A stretch of 58,667 bases of DNA from an uncultured Christensenellaceae bacterium (GTDB taxonomy: Bacteria > Bacillota > Clostridia > Christensenellales > DTU072), in the NCBI GenBank assembly GCA_964480195.1, contig CAYZOJ010000002.1, positions 1 through 58,667 of the forward strand, written 5' to 3'. Below, one piece after another: positions 9,692-18,333 of this stretch (the first letter of the stretch is position 1; every line of letters begins with the position of its first letter). The notes below the pieces were generated by a model. The model saw only the letters and a list, made by a program, of their open reading frames with translations. It ran no database searches and had not been told where the DNA came from. The translations under genes were made by a program, and so were the position numbers.

Positions 9692-9930
9692 AGATGAAAT
9701 TAAATCCGTCACATCTAACCTGCCGAAAGGAATGGCGTAAAATAAGTAGTCATGCAAGAATGAAATCCAAGCGAGCTTGGATGAAATCCGCGACAAGGAG
9801 CCGCGGATGAAATCTTTGGTTACACCTCAGATGAAATTAAATCCGCCTCATCTAACCTGCCGACAGGCAGATTTCATCGCGAAGCGATTTCATCCACGGA
9901 GTGGATTTATTCCGGCGAAGGCGGATTTAG
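9692..9930. repeat. Cluster of short hairpins punctuated by a GATGAAAT(C) / GATTTCATC motif, including a 39-nt direct repeat
   Basis: Forward motif copies at 9693, 9759, 9779, 9805 and 9829. Reverse copies at 9870 and 9886, plus degenerate GGATTTAT/GGATTTAG at 9903 and 9923. The 39-mer at 9692..9730 is repeated at 9829..9867 with 3 mismatches. Small stems lie between motif copies (TCCAAGC/GCTTGGA, TCCGCG/CGCGGA, CTGCC/GGCAG, ATCCAC/GTGGAT). A further CAGATGAAATT copy lies at 8..18. Confidence 0.65.
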
Positions 9931-9966
9931 TTAAAAAACACCTGAGAGTAATCTCAGGTGTTTTTT
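9931..9966 (-). terminator. Terminator immediately downstream of the tRNA (usable in both directions)
   Basis: CACCTGAGA-GTAA-TCTCAGGTG stem (9939..9960) flanked by an A-run (9933..9938) and a T-run (9961..9967). Confidence 0.75.
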
Positions 9967-10043
<77 letters not shown>

Positions 10044-10060
10044 ATATTTAGTTCTCATAT

Positions 10061-10089
10061 ATAATATCAAAGCGCGGAATGTTTGTCAA
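10061..10089 (-). promoter_or_regulatory. Sigma-A type promoter for the tRNA
   Basis: On the minus strand: TTGACA, 17 nt, TATTAT, ending 17 nt before the tRNA 5' end. Confidence 0.55.
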
Positions 10090-10247
10090 CTGTTTCCACA
10101 CACTAATATAATACGCCGACCAACTTGTTAAATTCCTTATATTTACAAAAACTTTTTTGGGTTTGTAAGAAATTTGTAAGAATTGTTTCATAAGGTTGTC
10201 AAAATCGTTTGGTAAGATATTGTCGAAAACAAAAGGAGATATGATTT

Positions 10248-11822
10248 ATGGAAAAAAAGTTTATTGCGCTGACGGGTGCCAGCGGTAATATGGGGGTAGC
10301 AACGGTTAAGGCGCTTATGGGAAGCGATAGCGTCGGAAAGGTAAGAGCTCTTCTTCTCGACGAGCCTCGCGAAAGACGTCTTGCTCACGTATGGAAGCGC
10401 GATTACGGCGATAAAATCGAAGTCGTTTTCGGCGACTTGTATAACTACGACGATTGCGCAAGTTTCGTCGTCGGCGCCGATTACGTATTCAATCTTGCGG
10501 CGGTCATTCCGCCGTCGTCGGATAAGAACCCCGAACTTGCCAAAAGATGTAACATCGACGGCGTAAGAAACCTTGTAAAGGCAATAGAAAGTCAAAAAAA
10601 CGAGCCGAAGTTCGTGCACGTTTCGTCCGTTGCCGTGTACGGCAACCGTAACTATTTGCACCCGTGGGGTAGAGTGGGCGATCCGCTTATGCCGAGCGTT
10701 TACGACGACTATGCTCTCTCTAAAACCATCGGCGAAAGGTTCGTTCTCGATTCCGAGATAAAGAACTGGGCGATACTCCGTCAAACGGCAATGCTCCATT
10801 CGAGAATGCTAACCGACAATATCAGCGACGGCTTGATGTTCCATACCTGCTTTAACGCGCCCCTCGAATGGGTTACGGCAGAGGACTCGGGACGTCTTAT
10901 CGCAAGGATTGTCGAGCGCGACGCAAAAGGCGAAGTCGACGGTTTTTGGAAGAGAGTATACAACATCGGCGGAGGTGCTTCGAACCGTAAAACGGGCTTT
11001 GAAACCTTTGATGAGGGCTTCAAAATAATAGGCGGGTCTGCCGAAAGTTTTTTGGAGCCTAAATGGAACGGTATACGCAACTTCCACGGTATGTGGTTTG
11101 CCGATTCCGACGAGCTCAACGATATGTTCGATTACCAAAAAGAAACGGTATCCGACTATTGGCAGGGGATACTTAAGAGCCATCCGTACTATAAAGCAGG
11201 CAGTATACTACCGACGGCACTATTAAAATTTATAATCTTCAAGCCTCTTCTTTACAACTACAACGCACCCGCGAAATGGATGCGCGACGGAAACGAAGGC
11301 AAGGTAAAAGCGTACTTCGGGAGCCTTGAAAATGCAGAATGTTTACCCAAAACGTGGGAAAGCTTCCCGCTTCTCTGCAAGGGCGCAATCGAAACGGGAA
11401 ACATAAATTACGAGGAACTTCGTTCGTCCGATAAGCTTAGAGAAAGAGGACTTTTGCTCCCGCACGGTTATGACGAATCCAAGCCCGACTCTGAACTCGA
11501 TATCGAAGATATGCGTAAAGTCGCCGAATTCCGCGGAGGAAAGTGCTTGTCCGAAAGTATGGTCAAAGGCGATCTTTATACCAAACTTTTATGGGAATGC
11601 GCGGACGGACATCAATTTTATATGAGTCCGTATGCGGTTCTTAAGGCTGGACATTGGTGCGATAAGTGCCTTGTCGAAGACAAATGGGATTACGACAGAC
11701 AGGCAAAGAAAAACAAGTTCTATGCAAGCGTCTGGTACGATTCTCACGCACGTAACGAAAACCGCGTTTACACTTATGATAGTAACCACAACGCCGTTTG
11801 CTTAAAGCTTAAGGAGGCTTAA
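10248..11822 (+). CDS. NAD(P)-dependent epimerase/dehydratase-family (extended SDR) protein with a long C-terminal extension carrying a Cys-rich zinc-ribbon-like motif
   Basis: Rossmann motif LTGASGNMG at the N-terminus and catalytic-type YALSK. The extra roughly 200 aa C-terminus contains WECADGHQFYMSPYAVLKAGHWCDKC. Strong SD (AAAGGAG). Confidence 0.85.
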   Translation: MEKKFIALTGASGNMGVATVKALMGSDSVGKVRALLLDEPRERRLAHVWKRDYGDKIEVVFGDLYNYDDCASFVVGADYVFNLAAVIPPSSDKNPELAKRCNIDGVRNLVKAIESQKNEPKFVHVSSVAVYGNRNYLHPWGRVGDPLMPSVYDDYALSKTIGERFVLDSEIKNWAILRQTAMLHSRMLTDNISDGLMFHTCFNAPLEWVTAEDSGRLIARIVERDAKGEVDGFWKRVYNIGGGASNRKTGFETFDEGFKIIGGSAESFLEPKWNGIRNFHGMWFADSDELNDMFDYQKETVSDYWQGILKSHPYYKAGSILPTALLKFIIFKPLLYNYNAPAKWMRDGNEGKVKAYFGSLENAECLPKTWESFPLLCKGAIETGNINYEELRSSDKLRERGLLLPHGYDESKPDSELDIEDMRKVAEFRGGKCLSESMVKGDLYTKLLWECADGHQFYMSPYAVLKAGHWCDKCLVEDKWDYDRQAKKNKFYASVWYDSHARNENRVYTYDSNHNAVCLKLKEA

Positions 11823-12668
11823 ATGAAAGCTCAATTATACGTTTTTTCCGGGACGGGAAACACTCTTAAATGCGCGAACCTGTTCAAATCGGAGTTCGAG
11901 AAAAACGGTATAGAAACTTTAATTTACGAGATAACTTCGACCCTTACAGAGCTTCCCGATCCGCGTGGAGCGGACTATGTAGGGATAGGTTTTCCCGTTC
12001 ACGGGTTCAATGCTCCGAGCATAATGAACGACTTTATTTCGGCGCTTCCCCAAGCGGACGGCAAGGAGTATTTTTTCTTTAGGACTTCCGGCGAGCCGTT
12101 GCATTTGAACGACGGAGCGTCGGCTTTTATCGAAGGACGACTTAAACGCAAAGGCTACAAAAAAGTCGGCGAGTACGGATACGTAATGCCGTACAATATG
12201 ATTTTCCGTCACGAGGACGGAATGGCAAGCTTGATGTATGCCGAAATGAAAAAACGCGTGCCGAAAGCGGTGAACGAGTTACTCGTAGGCACTCCGAGTG
12301 CGCCCGACAGACCTATTGGCGGAAAGGCGTTATCGGCGGTACTTTTAATAGAGCACCCCGCGATGAAAGTAAACGGCAGAATGTTCCGCGTGAACAAAGA
12401 AAAATGCGTCGGATGTATGAAATGCGTAAGGAATTGCCCGACGTCGAATATCAAATACAAGAACGGCAAATTCGTATTCGGCGGGGACTGTTTGATGTGC
12501 ACGCGTTGTTCGTTTAACTGCCCGACGGACGCGTTTAACATAGCTATGCTCAACGGTTGGCGCGTCAACGGAAAATATAATTTCGAGGCGGAGCCTTGTC
12601 GTCAGCAAGGCGCGTTCGCGTGGTATTGTAGAGGTGCGTACGACAGGTATTTTTCGGAAGAAAAATAG
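11823..12668 (+). CDS. Flavodoxin-like domain fused to a 2x[4Fe-4S] ferredoxin domain (EFR1-type ferredoxin)
   Basis: N-terminus YVFSGTGNTLK (flavodoxin-like) and two cluster motifs, CVGCMKCVRNCP and CLMCTRCSFNCP. The ATG directly abuts the stop of the upstream gene (TAAATG). Confidence 0.85.
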   Translation: MKAQLYVFSGTGNTLKCANLFKSEFEKNGIETLIYEITSTLTELPDPRGADYVGIGFPVHGFNAPSIMNDFISALPQADGKEYFFFRTSGEPLHLNDGASAFIEGRLKRKGYKKVGEYGYVMPYNMIFRHEDGMASLMYAEMKKRVPKAVNELLVGTPSAPDRPIGGKALSAVLLIEHPAMKVNGRMFRVNKEKCVGCMKCVRNCPTSNIKYKNGKFVFGGDCLMCTRCSFNCPTDAFNIAMLNGWRVNGKYNFEAEPCRQQGAFAWYCRGAYDRYFSEEK

Positions 12669-12722
12669 CACGCGACTTGCAAAATTCCTGCGATAATATA
12701 TAATATTGTATAGGAGTTTACT

Positions 12723-13418
12723 ATGCGAAAAATACTTATAGCGGAAGACAATATAGAGATATCGGACATAATGCGCAACTTTTTGAGGCAAGCCGGGCAC
12801 TCCGTCTACCAAGCGTTCGACGGAGGCGAGGCGATAAACCTTGTGCGCAAGCTTTCCCCCGACCTTGTTTTACTTGACATAATGATGCCGGTAAAGGACG
12901 GTTTTACCGTATGTTGCGAAATTCGCGAGATGAGCAAGATACCGATTATCGTAATTTCCGCCAAGGTCAGCGAGGACGATAAAGTCAAAATGCTGGAAGC
13001 TGGAGCCGACGACTATATGACCAAACCGTTTTCGTATAAAGAAATGGTGTATCGCGTAAACGCACAGCTCCGTCGGTTTTACGAGTTCGGAACGGGTACG
13101 AACGTTTACAAAAAGCGTGTTTACGGAGCCCTCGAGATAGATACGGAGTCGTGCGAAGCCAGTGCGAACGGCAAAAAAATAGCGTTGACGGCAAAGGAAT
13201 ACAAACTTCTCGATTTTCTTTCGGCAAACGAGGGAAAACTTTTCGGCAAGCAGAAGCTTATCGACGAAGTATGGGGAATGGATGAGTATATCGACGAAAA
13301 TACGGTTGCCGTAACGGTTGCAAGACTACGCGCAAAACTCGAATCCGCGGGAGTAAACCGTATCGCGACAGTATGGGGAATGGGATATAAGTGGCTTGCG
13401 GAGGATGTGAATGAATAA
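12723..13418 (+). CDS. OmpR/PhoB-family response regulator
   Basis: Receiver domain (ILIAEDN...DLVLLDIMMP...KPF) and winged-helix output (LTAKEYKLLDFL...VWG...TVAVTVARLRAKLE...IATVWGMGYKW). Confidence 0.9.
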   Translation: MRKILIAEDNIEISDIMRNFLRQAGHSVYQAFDGGEAINLVRKLSPDLVLLDIMMPVKDGFTVCCEIREMSKIPIIVISAKVSEDDKVKMLEAGADDYMTKPFSYKEMVYRVNAQLRRFYEFGTGTNVYKKRVYGALEIDTESCEASANGKKIALTAKEYKLLDFLSANEGKLFGKQKLIDEVWGMDEYIDENTVAVTVARLRAKLESAGVNRIATVWGMGYKWLAEDVNE

Positions 13419-14469
13419 GGATAAGCGCGTAATAAACGAAGCGATAGACAATCTTTTGGAAGGCAAAGTCAACGTTCCCATACCGACCAAAGGGAACGAG
13501 CACCTTACTCTCGAAAAATTGGAAAAGCTCCGCATACAAATGCGCGATTACCGTGACGAAGCGCTACAAAGAAAAGAGCATTTCGAATCGGATATGGCGG
13601 GAGTAGCGCACGATCTCAAAACGCCTCTTGCGGTAATTTCGGGCTATGCCGAGTGCATTTCGGCGGGAATGGACGATAAAGATTACCCGACGCTGATTAT
13701 GGAAAAGGCGTCGCAGATGAACGAACGCATATTGAGCATAGTGGAAGCCAACCGCAAAAGCCGAGAGGAAAAACCCGTTTACGAAAAGATAAACGTACGC
13801 ACGTTTTTTTATGACGAGTTTGAAAAACTCGCTTCCACCGCGTCCGCAAAGCACATTACTTATAAGATAGGCAAAATCCCCGACGTCGTAATATACGGCG
13901 AACGTATCGCGCTTTCGCGAATAGTGCAGAATTTGATAAGCAATGCGGTAAAGTATACTCCGTCGGGCGGTAAAATCAAGGTTAAATTCTCAAGGCAGAA
14001 TTCCACGTTTGTGTTCAAGGTTCAAGATAACGGTATCGGCATTTCGCAAGAAGATCTCCCTCGGATATTCGATAAATATTATCGTGCCGATAAATCGAGA
14101 ACGGACGGCGAGAGCAACGGACTCGGTTTGAGCGTCGCAAAAGACCTTGTCGAAGCCCACGGAGGGACGATAAAAGCGGTAAGTAAGCCCGGAAAGGGCA
14201 CGACGTTTACGGTAAGAATACCTCTCGAACCCGAATATATGCGCGGAACCGCCAAGATAGACGTCTCTCCGAGAGCCGTAAAACTCGTGCTGTTCATCGT
14301 GCCTGCTTGGGTAATGACGTTTGTTTATAGGTTTATGAAGTTTGCCGAAACCGGCAAAGTTACCAATCTCGTAGCGTTTTTGTTGTTGTCGCCGTTTTTC
14401 ATATTCATATGGATATTCGACATCGTAGATATCGCGCTCAACAATAAAATATCGTTTTTGGTGGAATAA
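13411..14469 (+). CDS. Histidine kinase with a cytoplasmic N-terminal core and two C-terminal transmembrane helices
   Basis: H-box AGVAHDLKTPLAVISGYAE and N/G boxes (ISNAVKYTPSGG, DNGIGI, GLGLSVAKDLVEAHGG). There is no N-terminal hydrophobic segment. VKLVLFIVPAWVMTFVYRF and LVAFLLLSPFFIFIWIFDIV lie at the C-terminus. Overlaps the regulator gene by 8 nt. Confidence 0.9.
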   Translation: MNKDKRVINEAIDNLLEGKVNVPIPTKGNEHLTLEKLEKLRIQMRDYRDEALQRKEHFESDMAGVAHDLKTPLAVISGYAECISAGMDDKDYPTLIMEKASQMNERILSIVEANRKSREEKPVYEKINVRTFFYDEFEKLASTASAKHITYKIGKIPDVVIYGERIALSRIVQNLISNAVKYTPSGGKIKVKFSRQNSTFVFKVQDNGIGISQEDLPRIFDKYYRADKSRTDGESNGLGLSVAKDLVEAHGGTIKAVSKPGKGTTFTVRIPLEPEYMRGTAKIDVSPRAVKLVLFIVPAWVMTFVYRFMKFAETGKVTNLVAFLLLSPFFIFIWIFDIVDIALNNKISFLVE

Positions 14470-14501
14470 TCACACTTTTTTTATAAACTCGGACCGGGCG
14501 A

Positions 14502-14530
14502 TTGTAATTCGCTCGGTTTTGTTATATAAT
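14502..14530 (+). promoter_or_regulatory. Candidate promoter that would give a leaderless ABC-F mRNA
   Basis: TTGTAA (14502..14507), 17 nt, TATAAT (14525..14530). The ATG at 14537 lies 7 nt after the -10 element, and no SD precedes it. Confidence 0.45.
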
Positions 14531-14536
14531 GCGGTT

Positions 14537-16438
14537 ATGCAGTTCAAAATTACCAACGGGTCGGTGTCATACGGCGCGGATACCGTTTTGTCAAACGTCA
14601 ATTTCGAAATTCGCGACAGAGAAAAGATAGCCGTGGTAGGTCGCAACGGTTGCGGTAAGACAACCCTTCTTCGTGCCGTCATCGGCGACGTGCTTCTCGA
14701 AGAGGGCACGGGCGAAGAGGGCTTTAGCGTAACTAAAACGTCGGGAATTACCGTCGGATACTTAAAGCAGAACGCGTTTTCGGACGACGGCGTTACGATG
14801 GAAGAAGAAATCCTTCGCGTTTTTAAGCCTATAACCGATCTCGAAGCCAAAATGGAAAGGCTGGTTTCGGAAATGGAAAAAGGTTCTTCCGACGAGCTTG
14901 TCAGGGAATACGCCAAGGCTCAGGAACGATATGAGTTTTTGGGCGGTTATACGTATTTTAAGGAGTATTCGACTGTTGTAAACAAGTTCGGCTTTACGGA
15001 GTCTGACAAACGCAAAAAGCTCAATGAATTTTCCGGCGGACAGCGTACAAAAATCTCGTTTATAAAACTGTTGCTTTCTAAACCCGATATACTCCTCCTC
15101 GACGAACCCACGAACCATTTGGACATTACCGCGGTGGAGTGGCTCGAAAGCTATTTGAGGAGTTATCCCTCTGCTGTCGTCATCGTTGCGCACGACCGTA
15201 TGTTCCTCAATAAAATCGTCGATAAAGTATACGAAATCGAATACGGCGAAACCAAATGTTATCCCGGCAACTATTCCGATTTCGAACGCAGAAAAAAAGA
15301 GAACTACATCAAACAGCGCAAAGATTACGAGTATCAGCAAGCCGAAATCAAGAGGTTGACCGCACTCGTGGAGCGTTTCCGCTATAAAGCGACAAAAGCT
15401 TCTATGGCGCAATCGAAGCTCAAACAAATAGAGCGTATCCGCACTCTCGAAGAGCCCGACAGATACGATATGCGTACTTTCCACGCAAGTTTCGAGCCGG
15501 ATACTCAGAGTTCGCTTAATACTTTGCTTGTAAAAAATCTCGTCATCGGCTATTCGGCGGACAAACCGCTTACGGAAGTGGATTTTGAACTCGAACGCGG
15601 ACAGCGACTCGGCATAATCGGCGCGAACGGAATAGGAAAGTCGACCCTTCTCAAGACGCTCATAGGCGCGGTGCCCGCGTTAAAAGGCTATTTTATGTTC
15701 GGCGCGAATGTAAAAATAGGGTACTTCGACCAGCAGAGCGCCGAAACGCACGGCAGTAAAACCGTGTACGACAGCTTTTACGACGAATTTCCGTTTATGA
15801 ACACGACCGAAGTGCGCTCCGCTCTCGGCGCATTCCTTTTTACGGGAGAAGACGTATTTAAGACGGTCGATAATCTTTCCGGCGGTGAAAAAGTAAGACT
15901 TGCGCTCTGTAAAATATTTAAGCGTAAACCTAACGTTTTGATACTCGACGAGCCCACGAACCATATGGATATTGTCGGAAAGGAAACTCTCGAGAATATG
16001 CTATCAGAGTTCAAAGGCACTGTGATATGCGTGTCGCACGACAGATACTTTATAAACAAAGTGGCGGACAGGCTCCTCGTGTTTGACCGTAATAAGTGCG
16101 CGTTTTATCCTATGGGATACTCGGAATACGAAGAGCGCGTACTCGCGTCCGCAGAGCCGGAGGAGATTGCTCCTAAAACCGATAAGAAACAAAACGGCAA
16201 GAAAGGGTTCCTGACTCCCCTAAAAGAGTTATCCATAAAGACAAAAAGGATTGCAAAACTCGAAGCGTTGATAGAAGAAACCGAAAAAGAAATCGCAACG
16301 CGAAAAGCTCTTCTCGAAACGCCCGAAGTCTACTCCGACTATGTGCGTATTACGGAGCTCCAGTCCGAAATCGAAGAGCTCGATAATAAACTTACCGAGT
16401 ACACGATAGAGTGGAGCGACCTTCAAGAATCCTTATAA
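14537..16438 (+). CDS. ABC-F family ATPase (two ABC cassettes, no membrane domain, C-terminal coiled coil)
   Basis: Walker A GRNGCGKTT and GANGIGKST. Signatures LSGGQRTK and LSGGEKVR. Walker B LLLDEPTNHLD and LILDEPTNHMD. The track start at 14519 is a TTG inside the -10 box; ATG 14537 (MQFKITNG) is preferred. Confidence 0.9.
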   Translation: MQFKITNGSVSYGADTVLSNVNFEIRDREKIAVVGRNGCGKTTLLRAVIGDVLLEEGTGEEGFSVTKTSGITVGYLKQNAFSDDGVTMEEEILRVFKPITDLEAKMERLVSEMEKGSSDELVREYAKAQERYEFLGGYTYFKEYSTVVNKFGFTESDKRKKLNEFSGGQRTKISFIKLLLSKPDILLLDEPTNHLDITAVEWLESYLRSYPSAVVIVAHDRMFLNKIVDKVYEIEYGETKCYPGNYSDFERRKKENYIKQRKDYEYQQAEIKRLTALVERFRYKATKASMAQSKLKQIERIRTLEEPDRYDMRTFHASFEPDTQSSLNTLLVKNLVIGYSADKPLTEVDFELERGQRLGIIGANGIGKSTLLKTLIGAVPALKGYFMFGANVKIGYFDQQSAETHGSKTVYDSFYDEFPFMNTTEVRSALGAFLFTGEDVFKTVDNLSGGEKVRLALCKIFKRKPNVLILDEPTNHMDIVGKETLENMLSEFKGTVICVSHDRYFINKVADRLLVFDRNKCAFYPMGYSEYEERVLASAEPEEIAPKTDKKQNGKKGFLTPLKELSIKTKRIAKLEALIEETEKEIATRKALLETPEVYSDYVRITELQSEIEELDNKLTEYTIEWSDLQESL

Positions 16439-16462
16439 AAAAACGGCTCGTTGAGCCGTTTT
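16437..16462. terminator. Bidirectional terminator between convergent genes
   Basis: AAAAAAA-CGGCTC-GTT-GAGCCG-TTTT. Confidence 0.7.
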
Positions 16463-16467
16463 AATTT

Positions 16468-18192
16468 TTACAAGCGGGTTAAGAATTTTTCGACGTTCAA
16501 GTAACATATGCCGTCGACTTTTGTATCGGCACCGCGGTATAGAACGCATTTTTCAGTAATCTTGCCGTACTTGCTTTCGATTAGTTTGCATTTATCGTTG
16601 TCGCGCAAATGACGAGTTTGCCCTTCGGATATTTTTGTACTGTGCTTAACTTCGTAAACCTTACAAGTGTAGTTGCTTTTATCATAAACGACCATATCGA
16701 ATTCCCCGCCGAGGTCGAATTTAAATTTGAAGGCTTCCTTGTTCTTCGGTAGTGTTTTACAAACTTCGAGCAGTACGATATCTTCGAGCATTCTGCCCTT
16801 TACGTCTTCGAGAATTTTTGCAATTACGTAATCTTTGTCCTGCTCCGAAACCGACTTAAAGTATTCGTCTTGCATTATCGAATACACCAATGCTTTGGCA
16901 ATCGAGTAGCGCATGCCCGGTTGAGAAAAAACGTAATAGTCATCAATCTTTCCGCTTTCGTACCGAACGGGGCAGTTTACGATAAGATCGAGGAGTTCCA
17001 AATACTTTTTAATCTTTTCAATGTGGTAGTCTGTGATTTTTACTTTTGTTTCGTCTTTTTCTTTTACGTCGATTAAGTTTTTAAGAGTGCTTACGATTTT
17101 TTGAGTGTCGACTGAACTTAATACGAATGCGCGTTCAAGCGGGGCTTCGTGCAGAAGAAGATTTTTGGCAGAACCTAAATCGTGAGATTTGAACTTTTCT
17201 TCGACAACGCTAAGTAAAAAACGATGGCTCATATTTTCGACGATGCGGTTAATTACGTTTGTCAATTCTCCGTTGTCGTAAAGCTCTCTGAGTTCGTTAA
17301 AATACTCGCCGAAGTTATCGTTTTTTAAGGTGTGCTGGATATTTCTGCTTATGGCGGTATCTATATATTTTCGGGTGCTTTCGTCATCTCTGAACGATAC
17401 CTCGTCAAGGGCGAAGTCAGGATCGTCAAAACTCATATTTTCCATTTTAAGGGTCCCGCCATATTCGATATAGGTATCCACTGAATGAATATCGAGAAGC
17501 TTGACGTACTCTTTAAAAGGGATAAACGAGGTATGAATCATGACGTTTCTATTGTACAACTCGTCCCTGTTTGCCATGGCAAATCCTAGTGAGTCGGTCC
17601 CTGAAACGACTATCTTCATTCCCATCATGCCGAATACGTCGGATAATACCGCTGCCGTATTTATAAAGTCGTCCAAGAGGGTGATTTCGTCGATAAAGAC
17701 ATACTTATACCCGCGACTACGAAGCGTGTTCAAATCCTTTGTCAGCTCGGACATCGTATCGGTTGTTTGGGCTTTGATGTAAGCCGTTTGCGCTATAGGT
17801 AATTCTCCGAGTAGTTGGAATATGAGTGTGGTTTTACCCGTTCTTCTAAGTCCGTAAAGTATACAGATTTTACCGACATAATCACCGAATAGGAATTTTT
17901 TAATGAGTTCGTAGCAATCTCTCTTTTCGTATGCGGAAACTGCGTCGTAAAGGGAGTTGAGAGCGGTGCCCGTTACGACGTTTGTGCGGAACTCGGTAGG
18001 CAAACTCGACGGATTAAAATTTCCGTCGGAAGAGTAACTTTCCAGTTGTTTATAGATGGCGTTAAAGCGTGCGGAGTTTGTATTGGCTTTGCCGTTTTCG
18101 TAGTTTTGATAATTCCTCACGGTCATACCGAGGATTTTTGCACATTCGGTTTGAGTTAAACCTTTTTGGATTCTCAATTCTTTAAGCGTCAT
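16468..18192 (-). CDS. XRE-type HTH fused to a P-loop ATPase (AAA_14/COG1373-like) and a C-terminal PD-(D/E)xK-like nuclease-fold domain (DUF4143-like)
   Basis: HTH LRIQKGLTQTECAKILGMTVRNYQNYENG. Walker A GLRRTGKTT. Walker B YVFIDEIT. C-terminal GGEFDMVV...KVYEVKHS resembles a D...E-x-K nuclease motif. Start set to ATG 18192 (MTLKELR), which has GAGGT upstream. Confidence 0.85.
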   Translation of the reverse strand: MTLKELRIQKGLTQTECAKILGMTVRNYQNYENGKANTNSARFNAIYKQLESYSSDGNFNPSSLPTEFRTNVVTGTALNSLYDAVSAYEKRDCYELIKKFLFGDYVGKICILYGLRRTGKTTLIFQLLGELPIAQTAYIKAQTTDTMSELTKDLNTLRSRGYKYVFIDEITLLDDFINTAAVLSDVFGMMGMKIVVSGTDSLGFAMANRDELYNRNVMIHTSFIPFKEYVKLLDIHSVDTYIEYGGTLKMENMSFDDPDFALDEVSFRDDESTRKYIDTAISRNIQHTLKNDNFGEYFNELRELYDNGELTNVINRIVENMSHRFLLSVVEEKFKSHDLGSAKNLLLHEAPLERAFVLSSVDTQKIVSTLKNLIDVKEKDETKVKITDYHIEKIKKYLELLDLIVNCPVRYESGKIDDYYVFSQPGMRYSIAKALVYSIMQDEYFKSVSEQDKDYVIAKILEDVKGRMLEDIVLLEVCKTLPKNKEAFKFKFDLGGEFDMVVYDKSNYTCKVYEVKHSTKISEGQTRHLRDNDKCKLIESKYGKITEKCVLYRGADTKVDGICYLNVEKFLTRL

Positions 18193-18210
18193 AAGCGTTA
18201 CCTCGAACAT

Positions 18211-18239
18211 ATTATAACACGTACATAGGAATAATACAA
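18211..18239 (-). promoter_or_regulatory. Candidate promoter of the HTH-ATPase gene
   Basis: On the minus strand: TTGTAT, 17 nt, TATAAT (with TG at the extended -10 position). Confidence 0.5.
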
Positions 18240-18246
18240 TTGCTAT

Positions 18247-18310
18247 TTCGTGTTTTCTTCGTGTTTTCTTCGTGTTTCTTTCGTGTTTTCTTCGTCTTTT
18301 TTTTCGTGTC
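18247..18310. repeat. Tandem repeat of about 11 bp, TTCGTGTTTTC (6 copies, minus-strand GAAAACACGAA), directly upstream of the -35 box
   Basis: Units at 18247, 18258, 18269 (10 nt), 18279 (12 nt), 18291 (degenerate) and 18303 (partial). Confidence 0.8.
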
Positions 18311-18333
18311 GGGTGGGATTTATGTGATTGGAG

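Noticed and set aside
10161-10186. Short direct repeat TTTGTAAGAA(A/T)T, 2 copies, upstream of the epimerase gene, as a possible operator.
   Set aside because: There are only two short AT-rich copies in an AT-rich promoter region. That is insufficient evidence by eye to call a regulatory site.
18247-18310. Tandem repeats considered as a possible CRISPR array. The 9692..9930 cluster was considered for the same reason.
   Set aside because: The units are only about 11 nt (or 8-10 nt motifs) with no unique spacers of 25-40 nt, and there are no cas genes in the window. They are not CRISPR.
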